A DNA stretch of 63,583 nt, the filler included, from Octopus bimaculoides (taxonomy: Eukaryota): assembly GCF_001194135.2 (NCBI RefSeq). It is 3 parts of 3 records of this genome, joined end to end, with 100 filler letters (N's around TTAATTAATTAA, not from the genome) between each part and the next. Parts side by side here need not be neighbours in the genome. Positions count along the whole stretch, not along the records: positions 30,428 to 57,512 come from NC_068992.1; positions 57,613 to 63,583 come from NC_069000.1; 1 more part is not named here. One strand, given 5' to 3'. Both the position numbers and the translations under genes were made by a program. Positions 51,174-63,583 of this stretch are shown here, in pieces. The notes under the pieces were generated by a model that saw only the letters and a list, made by a program, of their open reading frames with translations, was not told where the DNA came from and did not search any database. Each line of letters begins with the position of its first letter. Within the stretch, counting starts at the first letter, position 1.

Positions 51174-51397
51174 TCACACAGACATCCACATGTATATACA
51201 TACATACATACATACATACATACATGCATACATATGTATGGTAAGAACCTTGCTTCCAAACCACATGGTTCCAGGTTCAGTCCCACTGCATGACACCTTG
51301 GGCAAATGTCTTCTACTGTAGCCTCGAGCCAACCAGTGACTTATAAGTGAATTCGGTAGACGGAAACTGAAAGAAGCTCGTCGTATATATATGTATA

Positions 51398-51451
<54 letters not shown>

Positions 51452-51691
51452 TATCTGTCTGTCTGTGCCTGTGTTTGTCTCCCCATCATCGGTGCTGGTG
51501 TGTTTACATCCCTGTAACTTAGCGGTTCGGCAAACAGGACTGATAGAGTAAGAATCAGGCCTTTTAAAAGGTAAGTACTGACAGGGACAACGAAACTTTC
51601 GGAAATAGAATTTCCCACAGATAAACACACACATACACACACACACAAGCCTTCATGCATGCGTACAAACACACGTACATACATATACACA

Positions 51692-51751
<60 letters not shown>

Positions 51752-51855
51752 TCGTGAAGGTGTACTGTGGTTAATGGTATGGCTCAGTTGTAATTTTCTT
51801 TTCGGTGCTAGACGGATTACAGAAGTCCCTTAGTAATGGCATATAGGCATATAGG

Positions 51856-51889
<34 letters not shown>

Positions 51890-52202
51890 NNNNNNNNNNN
51901 NNNNNNNNNNNNNNNNNNNNNNNNNNNNNNNNNNNNNNNNNNNNNNNNNNNNNNNNNNNNNNNNNNNNNNNNNNNNNNNNNNNNNNNNNNNNNNNNNNNN
52001 NNNNNNNNNNNNNNNNNNNNNNNNNNNNNNNNNNNNNNNNNNNNNNNNNNNNNNNNNNNNNNNNNNNNNNNNNNNNNNNNNNNNNNNNNNNNNNNNNNNN
52101 NNNNNNNNNNNNNNNNNNNNNNNNNNNNNNNNNNNNNNNNNNNNNNNNNNNNNNNNNNNNNNNNNNNNNNNNNNNNNNNNNNNNNNNNNNNNNNNNNNNN
52201 NN

Positions 52203-52253
<51 letters not shown>

Positions 52254-52295
52254 AGGGAGAGAAAGAGAGAAAGAGAGAGAGAATGCCAAGCTTAC

Positions 52296-52383
52296 CTTAG
52301 ATTGTAACGGTGCTGTAATATGTATTTGATGTATAATATTTCCTTGATCCAGAACGAATAGCAACTTCTCCAGCTGTTTTAGT
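52296..52383 (-). CDS. Candidate exon, same gene (phase 2 to 0)
   Basis: Acceptor tttatttattgctag and donor AAG|gtaagc. Reads LKQLEKLLFVLDQGNIIHQIHITAPLQSK; phase-compatible with the 53207 exon; other frames are closed. Confidence 0.65.
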
Positions 52384-52514
52384 CTAGCAATAAATAAAGT
52401 TTAACCACGATTAATGTTATTTTAATCATTTAATATGGGCAATAGTACACACGATAATAATAATAATAACAATAATAACAACAACAATAATACTACTACT
52501 ACTACTACTACTAC

Positions 52515-52582
<68 letters not shown>

Positions 52583-53206
52583 GTAAATCATTTGAATTAT
52601 TCGTTCTTAACGTGATCTCAGAGCTATTTGGGCTGTTAGAGCACCAACAAAGATTTATTTTCATGAAGTGTTTTTAGGGATAGTCATCTCTCGTTGTAAC
52701 GTCATATAATGACACACATTCATAAGCACACACGCACACACATACACGCATAGATAGATAGATAGATGAGAAGACAGACAAATAGACATACAGATAGATA
52801 GATAGTCAGTCAGACAGACAGACAGTTAGTCAGACAGACAGACAGTCAGTCAGACAGACAGTCAGACAGACAGTCAGTCAGACAGACAGAAAGACAAATA
52901 GACAAACAGACAGATAGGTAGTCAGTTAGACAGACAGTCAATCAGACAGGCAGATAGATAGGCAGACAGACAGATATACGACGGGCTTCTACGTTTTCCC
53001 ACTGCCAAATTCTCTCACAAGGTATTGTTCAGCTCGGAGATACAATAATAGATACTTGCCCAAGACACTTGCCCAAGATACTTGCCCAAGTGGAACCGAA
53101 CCCGAAGTCACGAAGTTACACAGCGATCCTCTTATCCTCACAGCCATATCTGCGCGTAAGTTAAAAGAAACGCGTACGATCAACATTATATCGTCGATAT
53201 ATTTAC

Positions 53207-53324
53207 CTTGTATGTCGAATAGAATAATAGAGTGTGGAGTCATAGACACTAATATCTGCTATTGCCACATTATTGGTGTGGACTGGTTTACTGATGGTGG
53301 ACCCAACCAGAAGGGCTGTGAATT
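53207..53324 (-). CDS. Candidate exon of YWTD-like beta-propeller gene (phase 1 to 2)
   Basis: Acceptor cttttatatttcag and donor AAG|gtaaat. Only one frame is open: FTALLVGSTISKPVHTNNVAIADISVYDSTLYYSIRHT. Confidence 0.65.
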
Positions 53325-55111
53325 CTGAAATATAAAAGTTTAAAATTTAAATTCGTTGAAACTATTGTTATCTCTCGATTGGAAAGTTTTCCTCACAAAC
53401 TGGAATAATACCGTCATGAAAACTCGTTCTTACGATATGAGGGCTTGATGCTTGTATAGAGAAATAACAGAATTAACAGATGTTTACATTGCTTTCAAAT
53501 TTTGGTACAAGGCCAGCGAGTTCAAGGAGGGGGTAAGTTTCAGTTTCCGTCAACCAAATTCACTCACAAAGCTTTCGTCGACCCAAGGATATAGAAGAAA
53601 CTTGCTCAAGATGTCACGCAGTGAGACCGAACCACATAGCCACACCTGAACCTATTTATTCGACTCCACTTTTTATGTTGGTGAAGGTGCATCGCCTAGA
53701 GTTTAAGGTGTGGAACTTCGATTTCCGGATCGGGTGATGCGTTGCGTTCTTGAGCAAGAGACTTCATTTCACGTTGCTCCACTCCACTCAATAGTAACTG
53801 AGAAAACCTGCAACGCAAAGGCCTCCCTTCAGGAGTGACGTTGTGATCTCGGTCACTTAAACGCCATGGAAACCGAGTAACCGGCTCTTTGAGCCTAATG
53901 GCTCGAGACAGTACGTACTAATATATATGTTTAGATTTTGAGTGGGATATAATCTGTCAGACTTAAAACATACGTATAAGATGCACATTTGGCTCAAAAA
54001 TACCTCACCCTTATCGTATATACGAAGTTGGATCTCTCATAAACGTTAATTCACTAAAAACTATTTTTACCTGAATGTGGGCAGCTGAAATTGGGGTTCG
54101 TATAATAAGCAAGTGCGTCTTTTATACCATCAAATATTGGTTTCCTATTTTGGCACAAGGCCAGCAATTTCGAGGTAGGGTTAATTCGATTACATCGATC
54201 CCAGTGATCAATTGCTACCTATTTTATCGACCCCGAAAGACTGAAGGGCAAAGTCGACCTCGGGGGAATTTGAACATAAAACGGCCAAGACATACCGCAC
54301 GCCCCCTTGACTCTAAGAAAGTGAGGGCCCAAGTGAAGACGGATACATTAAGATATCGTATCCTACACACATTATTGAATGTGTGCAGGATGTACTTCAT
54401 TTTCAAGAGGATGTACTTCATTTTCAAGAGCGTAGGATGTAATTTACGGATGATTTGACTACTTTTACTAGTAAATCAAATAACAACGGAGAGGTACACA
54501 CGCTGGTTTGTGGGACGAAATTAAATAAGAGTTATAACATTCAAATCATACCCAAAGAATTTGTGAAATGTTTAAAATATATTCAACCGGAAATTGAAAC
54601 TGGGTCGTCAGCAACATTTCCCAAGTACCATCCCCTCTACTAAATCCGAGTTGCCCTGTGACGAAACTACTTCATACAAACAAAAACTAATGTTTCTATT
54701 CGAAACATTGTAAGGTTCTTCTTATTCAACCATTCCACGTATCTATTCAATTGTATCTGTTTATATTCTATTTAGCTTTCAGTTTTCTTTACTCAGAATA
54801 CAAAAGTCGAGAATATTTTAGGTTTCTAACTTGCAACACTTGCGATGCTTTAAATGACAGGATTTATTCAAAATAAATTATAAAAATATTTACATAGTTT
54901 ATTTATGTAATCTATTCGTCCGCTACGCGACGAAGAAAGACACCATCGGCCTTATTCAGTAGTAAAATAAGTACAAGAGATCAAGTTGGATGGTACATTA
55001 CAAAACGTATTCTCTTGTTTAGATAAAAAGTGAAAAGTTCAACATACCTGCTTTGTCGTGTTTCCAAAATGGTTCATTTGAAATTACTGAATAAGAAAAG
55101 AAAAAGCATTT

Positions 55112-55157
<46 letters not shown>

Positions 55158-55342
55158 NNNNNNNNNNNNNNNNNNNNNNNNNNNNNNNNNNNNNNNNNNN
55201 NNNNNNNNNNNNNNNNNNNNNNNNNNNNNNNNNNNNNNNNNNNNNNNNNNNNNNNNNNNNNNNNNNNNNNNNNNNNNNNNNNNNNNNNNNNNNNNNNNNN
55301 NNNNNNNNNNNNNNNNNNNNNNNNNNNNNNNNNNNNNNNNNN

Positions 55343-55377
<35 letters not shown>

Positions 55378-55451
55378 CGTTAATATCGAAGAGTGACCAT
55401 GACTTCTCAACATGACATTGGTGGATAAATATTCTTGTTAACCCACAAATA

Positions 55452-55503
<52 letters not shown>

Positions 55504-56856
55504 GTATGCATGCATACATATATATAAAGTATATTTATATATCGTAACTATTATGTTAAACTGTTGTATATCCAAATTTGGCCAAATGCGTTTTTGTTTT
55601 TTCAATATATATTTTTGCTTGAAATAGCCGGTTCTTTTGGTCAGACTATCGTATCTCCAGGTACTTCAGATACCAAGATATCGCAAATTGCTATGGAATG
55701 GTGAAACTATTTTTTTGTTTTCTGAAAAAGCAACGTTTTGGACTTACGACACTTACCATAATAGCAACAACATATATATATGTACATGTGTGTGTGTGTC
55801 TGTGTGTGCGTGTGTCCGTGTATGTGTACACATACATACATACATACATACATACATACATACATACATACATACATACAAGTTGGTATACGAATGAGAA
55901 ACTCAAGTTCCATAACATAGCACACCAGGAAGAACGCTTAGCGGCATTTCGTTCAAATTCCACCGAAGTCGACTTTACGTTTCATCGTTTCGGGATCGAT
56001 AAAATAAGTACCAGTTGAGCACTGAGATCGATGCAATCGAACGTCCTCTCCTCCGAAATTGCTGATAAGATTACGGATATGCAAATAAGATTACGGATAA
56101 TGTCGCAGCCAGTTTCAGAAAGAAATTCCGACGAACGTTTGTACGCAAATGTAAATGAAAAGTATATATTGCGGGAACATGTATCCAGTAAGTTCTTGTA
56201 TCACCTTTGGGCAGTAACCGTCAGAGAAATACCCTGCAAATATTTTAGAGTAGTTGTCTGATGGACTCTAGTAAATGCACTTGGAATGAAGTCGTATAAT
56301 CTATGGCCTCAAACAAATCACACATTTCAGCACGAAAATCTCTTACAGACATATATAAAAAGATGCGCGCACGCACACATGCACGAGCGCCGCATTCAAA
56401 CCCATTTGTATATGAACGTGTGTGTGTGTGTGTGTGTTTGTGCGTATACACATACAGGTATGCATATATAGACACACATACATACGTTCATATATATATT
56501 ATATATATATTATATTATATTTATCTTATGATATTTACTTTACTTTATATTATACTCATTTATTGTGCTTTTAATTATTAATTTTTCTATATGTGATAAT
56601 GGATTTTCATCGATGAGTTCTTGAAAATTGGTTATTTTCCCTAAAACTATATATTTCATANNNNNNNNNNNNNNNNNNNNNNNNNNNNNNNNNNNNNNNN
56701 NNNNNNNNNNNNNNNNNNNNNNNNNNNNNNNNNNNNNNNNNNNNNNNNNNNNNNNNNNNNNNNNNNNNNNNNNNNNNNNNNNNNNNNNNNNNNNNNNNNN
56801 NNNNNNNNNNNNNNNNNNNNNNNNNNNNNNNNNNNNNNNNNNNNNNNNNNNNNNNN

Positions 56857-56891
<35 letters not shown>

Positions 56892-57556
56892 CATACATAC
56901 GCACACACTCACTCGCACACACATACACACACACACACACACACACATACTCATATATCCGCAAACTCACGAACACGCTCACACAAACACACATACTCTC
57001 ACACAAACATACTCACACACACACAAATGTATGGTGGGGTTGTCTTTGTTTTCTCCGTAACGTAGGATGCGAAAGAGACCGATGGAATTTTCTAAAAAGC
57101 ACAGACTTTAAAAAAATATGTTCTGGGTTCGTTTTGGTGTTGCCCAAGCATGGCCGCAGTCCAAGGGTTGAACAAGTAACAGATAAAAGATAAATGATGC
57201 AATGTGTTCGTTAGATCATCTCGCCGATCGACATGGTGTTTAACGATGACGAATACAACCCTGATGAAAGAGATGCATTCGATTTTAAACAGTGGTAAAT
57301 ACGGTTTTAATTTCGAAAGCAAGTGCTAAAAGTATAGGACGACCATATTTGACGAATCCAGATAGTCACGTTATGTACTTAACTGACAGACTGAAAATTC
57401 AATGCGACCCAAAATATAAACAGCTTCTGTGGGAAAGAGAGAGGGAGAAAGTGTGAGCGTGCGTTTAAATTCGTATACATGCATACAAGCATACATGATT
57501 TATATATATATANNNNNNNNNNNNNNNNNNNNNNNNNNNNNNNNNNNNNNNNNNNN

Positions 57557-57568
57557 TTAATTAATTAA
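57557..57568. other. Artificial scaffold-join linker TTAATTAATTAA inside an N-gap
   Basis: Same 12-mer as at 30372, embedded in N runs. Confidence 0.85.
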
Positions 57569-57613
57569 NNNNNNNNNNNNNNNNNNNNNNNNNNNNNNNN
57601 NNNNNNNNNNNNA

Positions 57614-57830
57614 CCCAAACTGCATCTCATCTAAATTGATTCGCTCCCTAATTAGTTGGGCTATGACCCTCTCTGTAACTTTCATAACCTGATCTAACAG
57701 CTTGATGCCTCTGTAATTATTTGTATCTAAAGCGTCCCCTTTACCTTTGTAGCAGTTGACTATGATGCTGCTACACCAGTCATAGGGTATGACTCCTTCG
57801 TGTATCACCTGGTTCGTAATACGGGTGACT
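57614..57830 (-). mobile_element. RTE-clade LINE RT fragment
   Basis: Reads EGVIPYDWCSSIIVNCYKGKGDALDTNNYRGIKLLDQVMKVTERVI..DEMQFG. Confidence 0.9.
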
Positions 57831-58569
57831 AGGCTATAGCCAACACTGCCAATGTCCATTTTCCATACTGGCATGGGTTGGATGGCTTGACAGAAACTGG
57901 CCAAGCCAGGAGTCACACCAAGTTCCATAGTCTGTTTTGGCCTGGTTTCTACAGCTGGATGCCCTTTTTAATGCCAACAACTTTACAGAGTGTACTTGGT
58001 GCTTTTTACATAGTACTATCATCAGTGTTTTTAATCTGGCACCAGCACACTCACACCAATACTTTTTACATGGCATCTTGGTTTTAGGAGCTCAATTTTG
58101 TTGTAGTGGGTGGGTCTTCTTGAGTAAAGCTATTGTGGTGGATAGGTTTTCTTGAGTACAGCAACAATAGTTTTTTTTTCAGACCCAGTAACATCATCAT
58201 TTTAAAGTTCTATTTTTCCCCTCATGCTGCCAGGGATTGGACACAAACCATGCTGAGACAGTATACTGTAGTCAGATGCCTTTCCTGCCACCAACTCTGA
58301 TTTAGAACCACTGAACGACAATTTCAACATAAACTTGAAACAGTCACAACACTTTCTCATTGGCTGAAGGTTTATTGTTTATAGGTGGTATAAACATGAC
58401 ATCACTATTGCCTAAACACCATCATCACCATTTAACACCCCTGCTGGCATAGGTTGGACGGTTTGACAGAAGCTGACCAGGTGAAGACTGTTCAGGCTCC
58501 ATGTATGTTTTGGCATGGTGTCTATGGCTGACTTCACTCAGCCTATTCTTATTCTAGCAGCTATGCTTT

Positions 58570-59072
58570 CAGAACAACCTACCCCACTGCTAAATTGGTC
58601 ACCTAAGTAATAGGAACTGTCTACTACTTCTAGGGATCCCTTCTGGCATACAAGGAAGTTTATTTTTTTGCACATTCCTGGTGTTTAATGTACCTGTACA
58701 TCTGCCACATCTAAAGACTACTTTCTCTGTTAGTTGACCAATGATACTGCTGCACCTTGTATGTGTCATGCAAAGAAATACTGAAATAAGCATTCATATA
58801 CACATATACATATTGATTTCAAATTCTGACACAAAGCTAGCATTTTCAGAGGAAGGGATAAGTCGATTACATTGACTCCAGTGTTCAAATGGTACTTATT
58901 TTATCAACCCTGAAAGGATGAAAAGCGAAGTCAACCTTGGCTGAATTTGAACTCAGAATGTAAAGATGAACGAAATACCACTATGCTGTTTGTCAACATG
59001 CTAACGATTCTGCCAGCTCTCTGCTTTCGTACACATATACATATTACACATGCCTGTGTATCGCGCGCGCGC

Positions 59073-59105
<33 letters not shown>

Positions 59106-60260
59106 ACATCTCCCATGCTACCATGAGTTGGATGGTTCAACAGGAACCAACATACCTGAGGACAACACCAAACTCTAATGTCTGCTTTGACATGGTTTTG
59201 ATGGCTGGATGTCCTTCCTAATACCAACCAATTTAGTGTCTACTGGGTACATTTTATGTGGCACTGGTACAAGTGAGGTCACCAAATAACTCTCACAACC
59301 ATTCAGATAGTTTGGGTGTGCAGTATCAAGGGAGGTGACTCTATGCCAGTTGATGAGAATAGAGTGACAGGAACAAATATCTTGCTGCAGGGAGATATAT
59401 GGTTACCCCCACATGGAAAAGAAAGAAGATAGCAGTGAAGATGTGTCAGAGCAGACTCTTAAGTTAAAGAAGCTGAAAATAAAAGAAGCATGAGTAGGTA
59501 AGTGAGTATGTGGGAGTATGAGAGGAGAGTGGTAGGTAGATAGAGATGGAGACAGAGGGAAATGCAGTGCGAGTTAAGGTGGAGGCTTGGTCAATCATGA
59601 ATATCAGTTGGAGGGAAAGTAGGAGGAAGTGAGTATGGGTTTGGGAGGATAATAGGTAGCAGCAAAGATGATGTGAAGTGTGTGGAGATGCAAGTGTGCA
59701 GGGTGCAAGAGAGATGCATAGGTCATTCTTCACTACTGCACCCCACATCCTCCTGAGTCTCCCTCTTCCACAAGTTCCATCCACATTTAGCAATCAGCAC
59801 TTCTTTCTGCAGCTGTCCTCATCCATATACCTCATACCAGCACAGCCATTTCTCTTACACTCTACATCTGATGCCACTTATGCCCATTTTTTTCTCAACA
59901 CATTTACACTTCATCGTACATTCACACTGACATTACACATCCAGTAGAGCATGATGGCTTTGTTTCTTTTAAACCTTCACATGTCCTCTGCATTCAGTTT
60001 GTTTCATTACAATGTAGCATTGCTGTTCTTATATAAGCATCTTACATTCTGCCTTTTACCCTGAGACAGAAACCTTTTCTTAAGCAACAATGGCAATAAT
60101 TCTTTGAACTTTCCCCAAACTATTCTTATTCTAGCAACTATATTTTCAGTACAGCCTCCTCCACTGCTAATTAGGTCATATGGGTAATAGAAACTATCCA
60201 CTACCTCCAGAGAATTCAAGAAAATCTATTTCCTATCAGTCCTTAGTGTCTATCGCTCCT
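58570..60260 (-). mobile_element. Several RTE LINE 3' fragments interleaved with SINEs
   Basis: FRCGRCTG (58700), SLEVVDSFYY..DLISSGGGCTENIVARIRIVWGKFKELLPLL (60007-60219) and VDGTCGRGRLRRMW..VVKNDL (59700-59790). Confidence 0.8.
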
Positions 60261-60497
60261 GTACATCATCCACATATAAACACTACTTCTACCATTCTTG
60301 TATGTATCAGTGAATGTAAACTGATGGTGATGATGATATATATATATATACATACATGTATGCTTACATATATATCTTTAATATTAACGATTTTTCATTT
60401 TTTTCTTAGTAGTTCTCTACATTTAGGTTGGAACAACAGCATTCCTAAATCCATTGATGTTTTAAGTTTAAGACCCTTTTGGCTGCATCATCTAAAT

Positions 60498-60760
60498 CAG
60501 TGGTTCTCAACCATTTTTTTCCTATGAAACCCTTTGATTCCTATTTTACTATACTGGACCTACATAACCATTCACTGNNNNNNNNNNTATAAAATCTTAC
60601 TGCATTTTTATAAATAAATATTTGAGGCAAATGTATAAAAACAAAATTGAAATATTTTGTATATTGTAGAAGTATAATCAATTTATTGCACATAAATTCT
60701 AACAACAAAATCTTTATATGGGCCTCCAAGGGCCATATGGACCCTGGTTGAGAATCACTG
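60498..60760. mobile_element. hAT (Charlie-like) MITE
   Basis: TIRs CAGTGGTTCTCAACC / GGTTGAGAATCACTG with an 8-bp TSD ATCTAAAT / AGCTAAAT (7 of 8 identical). Confidence 0.85.
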
Positions 60761-62857
60761 AGCTAAATGAAGTGGTGACAGTAGTATTGGGGTGTCATTG
60801 CAAGCTGTACAACAGATCAAAGGATAAAAGGGGTCCTGCTAAAGGCAGCAAGCTGGCAGAATTGTTCGCATGCTGGGCAAAATGCTTAGTGGTACTTCGA
60901 CTGTTGCTATGTTCTGAGTTCAAATTCTGCCAAGGTCAACTTTGCCTTTCATCCTTTTGGGGTCGATTAAATAAGTACCAGTTATGCACTGGGGTCGATG
61001 TAATTGACTTAATCCCTTTCCCCAAATTCGAGGCCTTGTGCTTCCAGTAGAAACATAAATAAATAAATAAAAGGTGTCCTGCTAAAATCATCCACATCAG
61101 CTTTAAAATTATTCAACAGTTAACTCTTCTTTGATTTTATATCTATTTGATGATTTTTAGTTATTTTCTTATTTTTTTGTGGAATTATATTTTAGGATGG
61201 TAGTGTTGTCAATGTTTTTTGCTGATATTCTTTCATGTTTTGAGTTGCAATGGTTCCTTGTAACTGCTGAGTTAACCAATGAGAAAGTGTCCAATGTAAC
61301 AGTTTGAGTTATGAAATGTACAACTTTTCGTGTTTCTATTGAAATTTGTATATTAAATTAGTTGTGTGAAGTATATTTAAGTGTTTGACAGTTACACATA
61401 TACACAAACACATACACCCACACATATGTACATGCATACACATATACAATAATGCTGTCAGCCACATAACCAATACTAATACACAAGTATCTCTACACCT
61501 AATACATGATTCCACATCCCTTTCACCATTATACCTGTCACCTGCCACCATCCTCATACATTTACCAGTTTTCTAGTTAGTGTGATCTCCATAGTAACTG
61601 TAGTGGTTATGTTGTGGTTTACCCCAAAATTTTGATAACAATAACCAGTGATAGCAGATAATAGGTGACATCCACTGTATCATCATCATCATCATCATCA
61701 TCATCATTTTGTCATTTGCCTTTCCATGCACAACTTTTCACTACTTGCTGCCAATCTTTGTCATCATTTTTGTGGAGGTCACCCTCTGAGATCAGTTCTC
61801 ACCACTTTTTCTTGTTTTCTTTGTTTTGTTTTTTTTCTTTTGTAGTTGCCTTTCATAGAAACCATTTGATATTTCTTTACCCATCTCTTATTGTACTTCT
61901 TTCTTCCTTGCTACACTTGATTCTTCTTATACCCAGTTTTACTTTCTCACCTCATTTAAGCTCTCTTTATGCATCCAGCAGAGTGCGTGCACGCACACAC
62001 ACACACACACAAATGATGTTCTTATCAATTTTAATGACCTACTCATTGAATTAGCATGCAAAGTGGCTGAGTATTCCACATACAAATGTACCCTTAATTT
62101 AATTCTCAACAAGAATCAGTATGACATTGTGACAGAATGACATATGGTAAGGTAAGACTTTTGAAACAAGTGTAATCCATCTGATGGACTTCTACACAAT
62201 TTCCATTTACCTAACTTCACTCAAAAGGTTTTAGATCAGACCCAGGAACTCATAGTTATGAGTAAACTTCTCAGTCACTCAGTTATGTGTGTGTGAGAGT
62301 AATGTATATCATCAACATCATCATCATTTAACATCTATTTTCCATGCTGGTATGCGTTGGGCAGTTTGCCAGGAGCTGGCTATCCACATAACTTCCCAGG
62401 CTACAATTGTCTGTTTTAGCATTGGTTCTATGGCTGGATACCTTTTCTAATGCCAACCACTTTACAGAGTGCATGGGATGTTTTTACATGGCACTAGTAC
62501 GGGTGCCTTTACATTGCACCAACAGGAGTGTTTTTATGTGGCACTGGCATGAGTATTTTCATGTGGAACCAGCACCTGTGAGTCCACAAGACAAGGACCT
62601 CTCAGTTGAGAGACAGAGAGAGAGTGGAGGGGGACATAGCCATAAAAGACATGCCTGCAGGGATGAATAGCCATGATTCTTCTTAGCTTGATGTGTCTTC
62701 TCAAGCACAGTACACAGCCAGAGATCTCAGTCTTTTGTCATCTCCTCTGTGAGGTCCAATGTCTGAAGATCTTTTCTCACCACTTCACGTCTTCCTGAAT
62801 CTACCCTTTCCAAGGGTTCCCTTTACAATTAGAGATCAACATATATATTTTTTTTTT

Positions 62858-63583
62858 CTGTCCATGTTTTTGTATACATTTGATGCTTTCTTCCAAGGAA
62901 TTTAATGCCCTTAGCTTAGTTTTCCTTGGGGCTGGCCAGATTGGAGCAATATCGAGAATAACTAGCTGAAATTACAAAGATAATCTGGATCTTAACTGAT
63001 GAAAGAAAACTCCAAATGACCTGTCCTTGTTTTCTCTGTATCATCTATCTGGAAGTTTTGTTGTCTCTTTCTTGTATCACGTAACTGTCTGGATGTTTTG
63101 TGTTCTTGTCCTATTTTGTATTATTTATATATATATATACATATATAGCAGCATATGTACACATTTTTCTAAATCTTGTACGACTCTATTTTTGTCTATC
63201 AGCCCTTTCACCCTTATTCGTTCATTCCACTCTTTGTTCTTTTGTCCCTCTGCCTCTACCTCTCTCTCTTCTCTTCCCACGTGACCGGCGTTCGGTCAAG
63301 CCTGATCTTTCTTTCTTCGCCAGCCATTGTGCTTGCAGCATCGATATTCCTCCCTGTGCCTGTGAAATCTTGTATCCCTGCCATAAGGCTTTATTTCCAC
63401 ACACGCCAGCTTAATTAAATTCGTCCTGAGTCGAAAGACACCTGTTGTTATGTCCTGTTATTATTTTTATTGTATTTGTGTAACATTGTTCATTTTTTTC
63501 CGTCTGTTTTTGTATACATTCGCTGCTTTCTTCCAAGGAATTTAATGCTCTTAGCTTAGTTTTTCCTTGGAGCTGGCCAGATT
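62858..63583. repeat. Interspersed element with about 85-bp direct terminal repeats (right copy runs to the window end)
   Basis: tttttgtatacatt..gctttcttccaaggaatttaatgc..ttagcttagtttt..gctggccagatt occurs at 62858-62942 and 63500-63583. Confidence 0.7.

Noticed and set aside
54629-54655. 27-nt candidate upstream exon GQLGFSRGD of the propeller gene
   Set aside because: It is phase-compatible, but the donor (ATG|gtactt) is weak and the segment is too short to support. A similar weak candidate, YFSDGYCPK, near 56205-56235 was also not called.
61336-61557. GDRYNGE resembling a MORN repeat
   Set aside because: A single partial motif with no good acceptor, and the frame runs into TG repeats.

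Overview
Eukaryotic, AT-rich, microsatellite-dense DNA whose repeat content (tRNA/CORE SINEs, RTE, R4/Dong-like, Penelope, mariner) points to an octopus genome (inference). Two TTAATTAATTAA linkers inside N-gaps (30372, 57557) suggest three separately assembled pieces were joined. Piece 1 (1-30327) has two clear minus-strand exons of an SLC22 organic cation transporter. The rest of it is nested transposon debris: two Ty3/Gypsy elements, two mariners, Penelope fragments with hammerhead-ribozyme motifs, Helitron, Tx1/L1 and R4/Dong remnants. Piece 2 (30428-57512) contains about 12 small, largely frame-compatible minus-strand exons read by hand from splice signals. They encode a divergent protein with LDL-receptor class B (YWTD)-like repeats. 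Piece 3 (57614-63583) is RTE/SINE/MITE debris. Most ORFs in the supplied track are microsatellite or gap artefacts. No prokaryotic genes, rRNA or CRISPR arrays are present.
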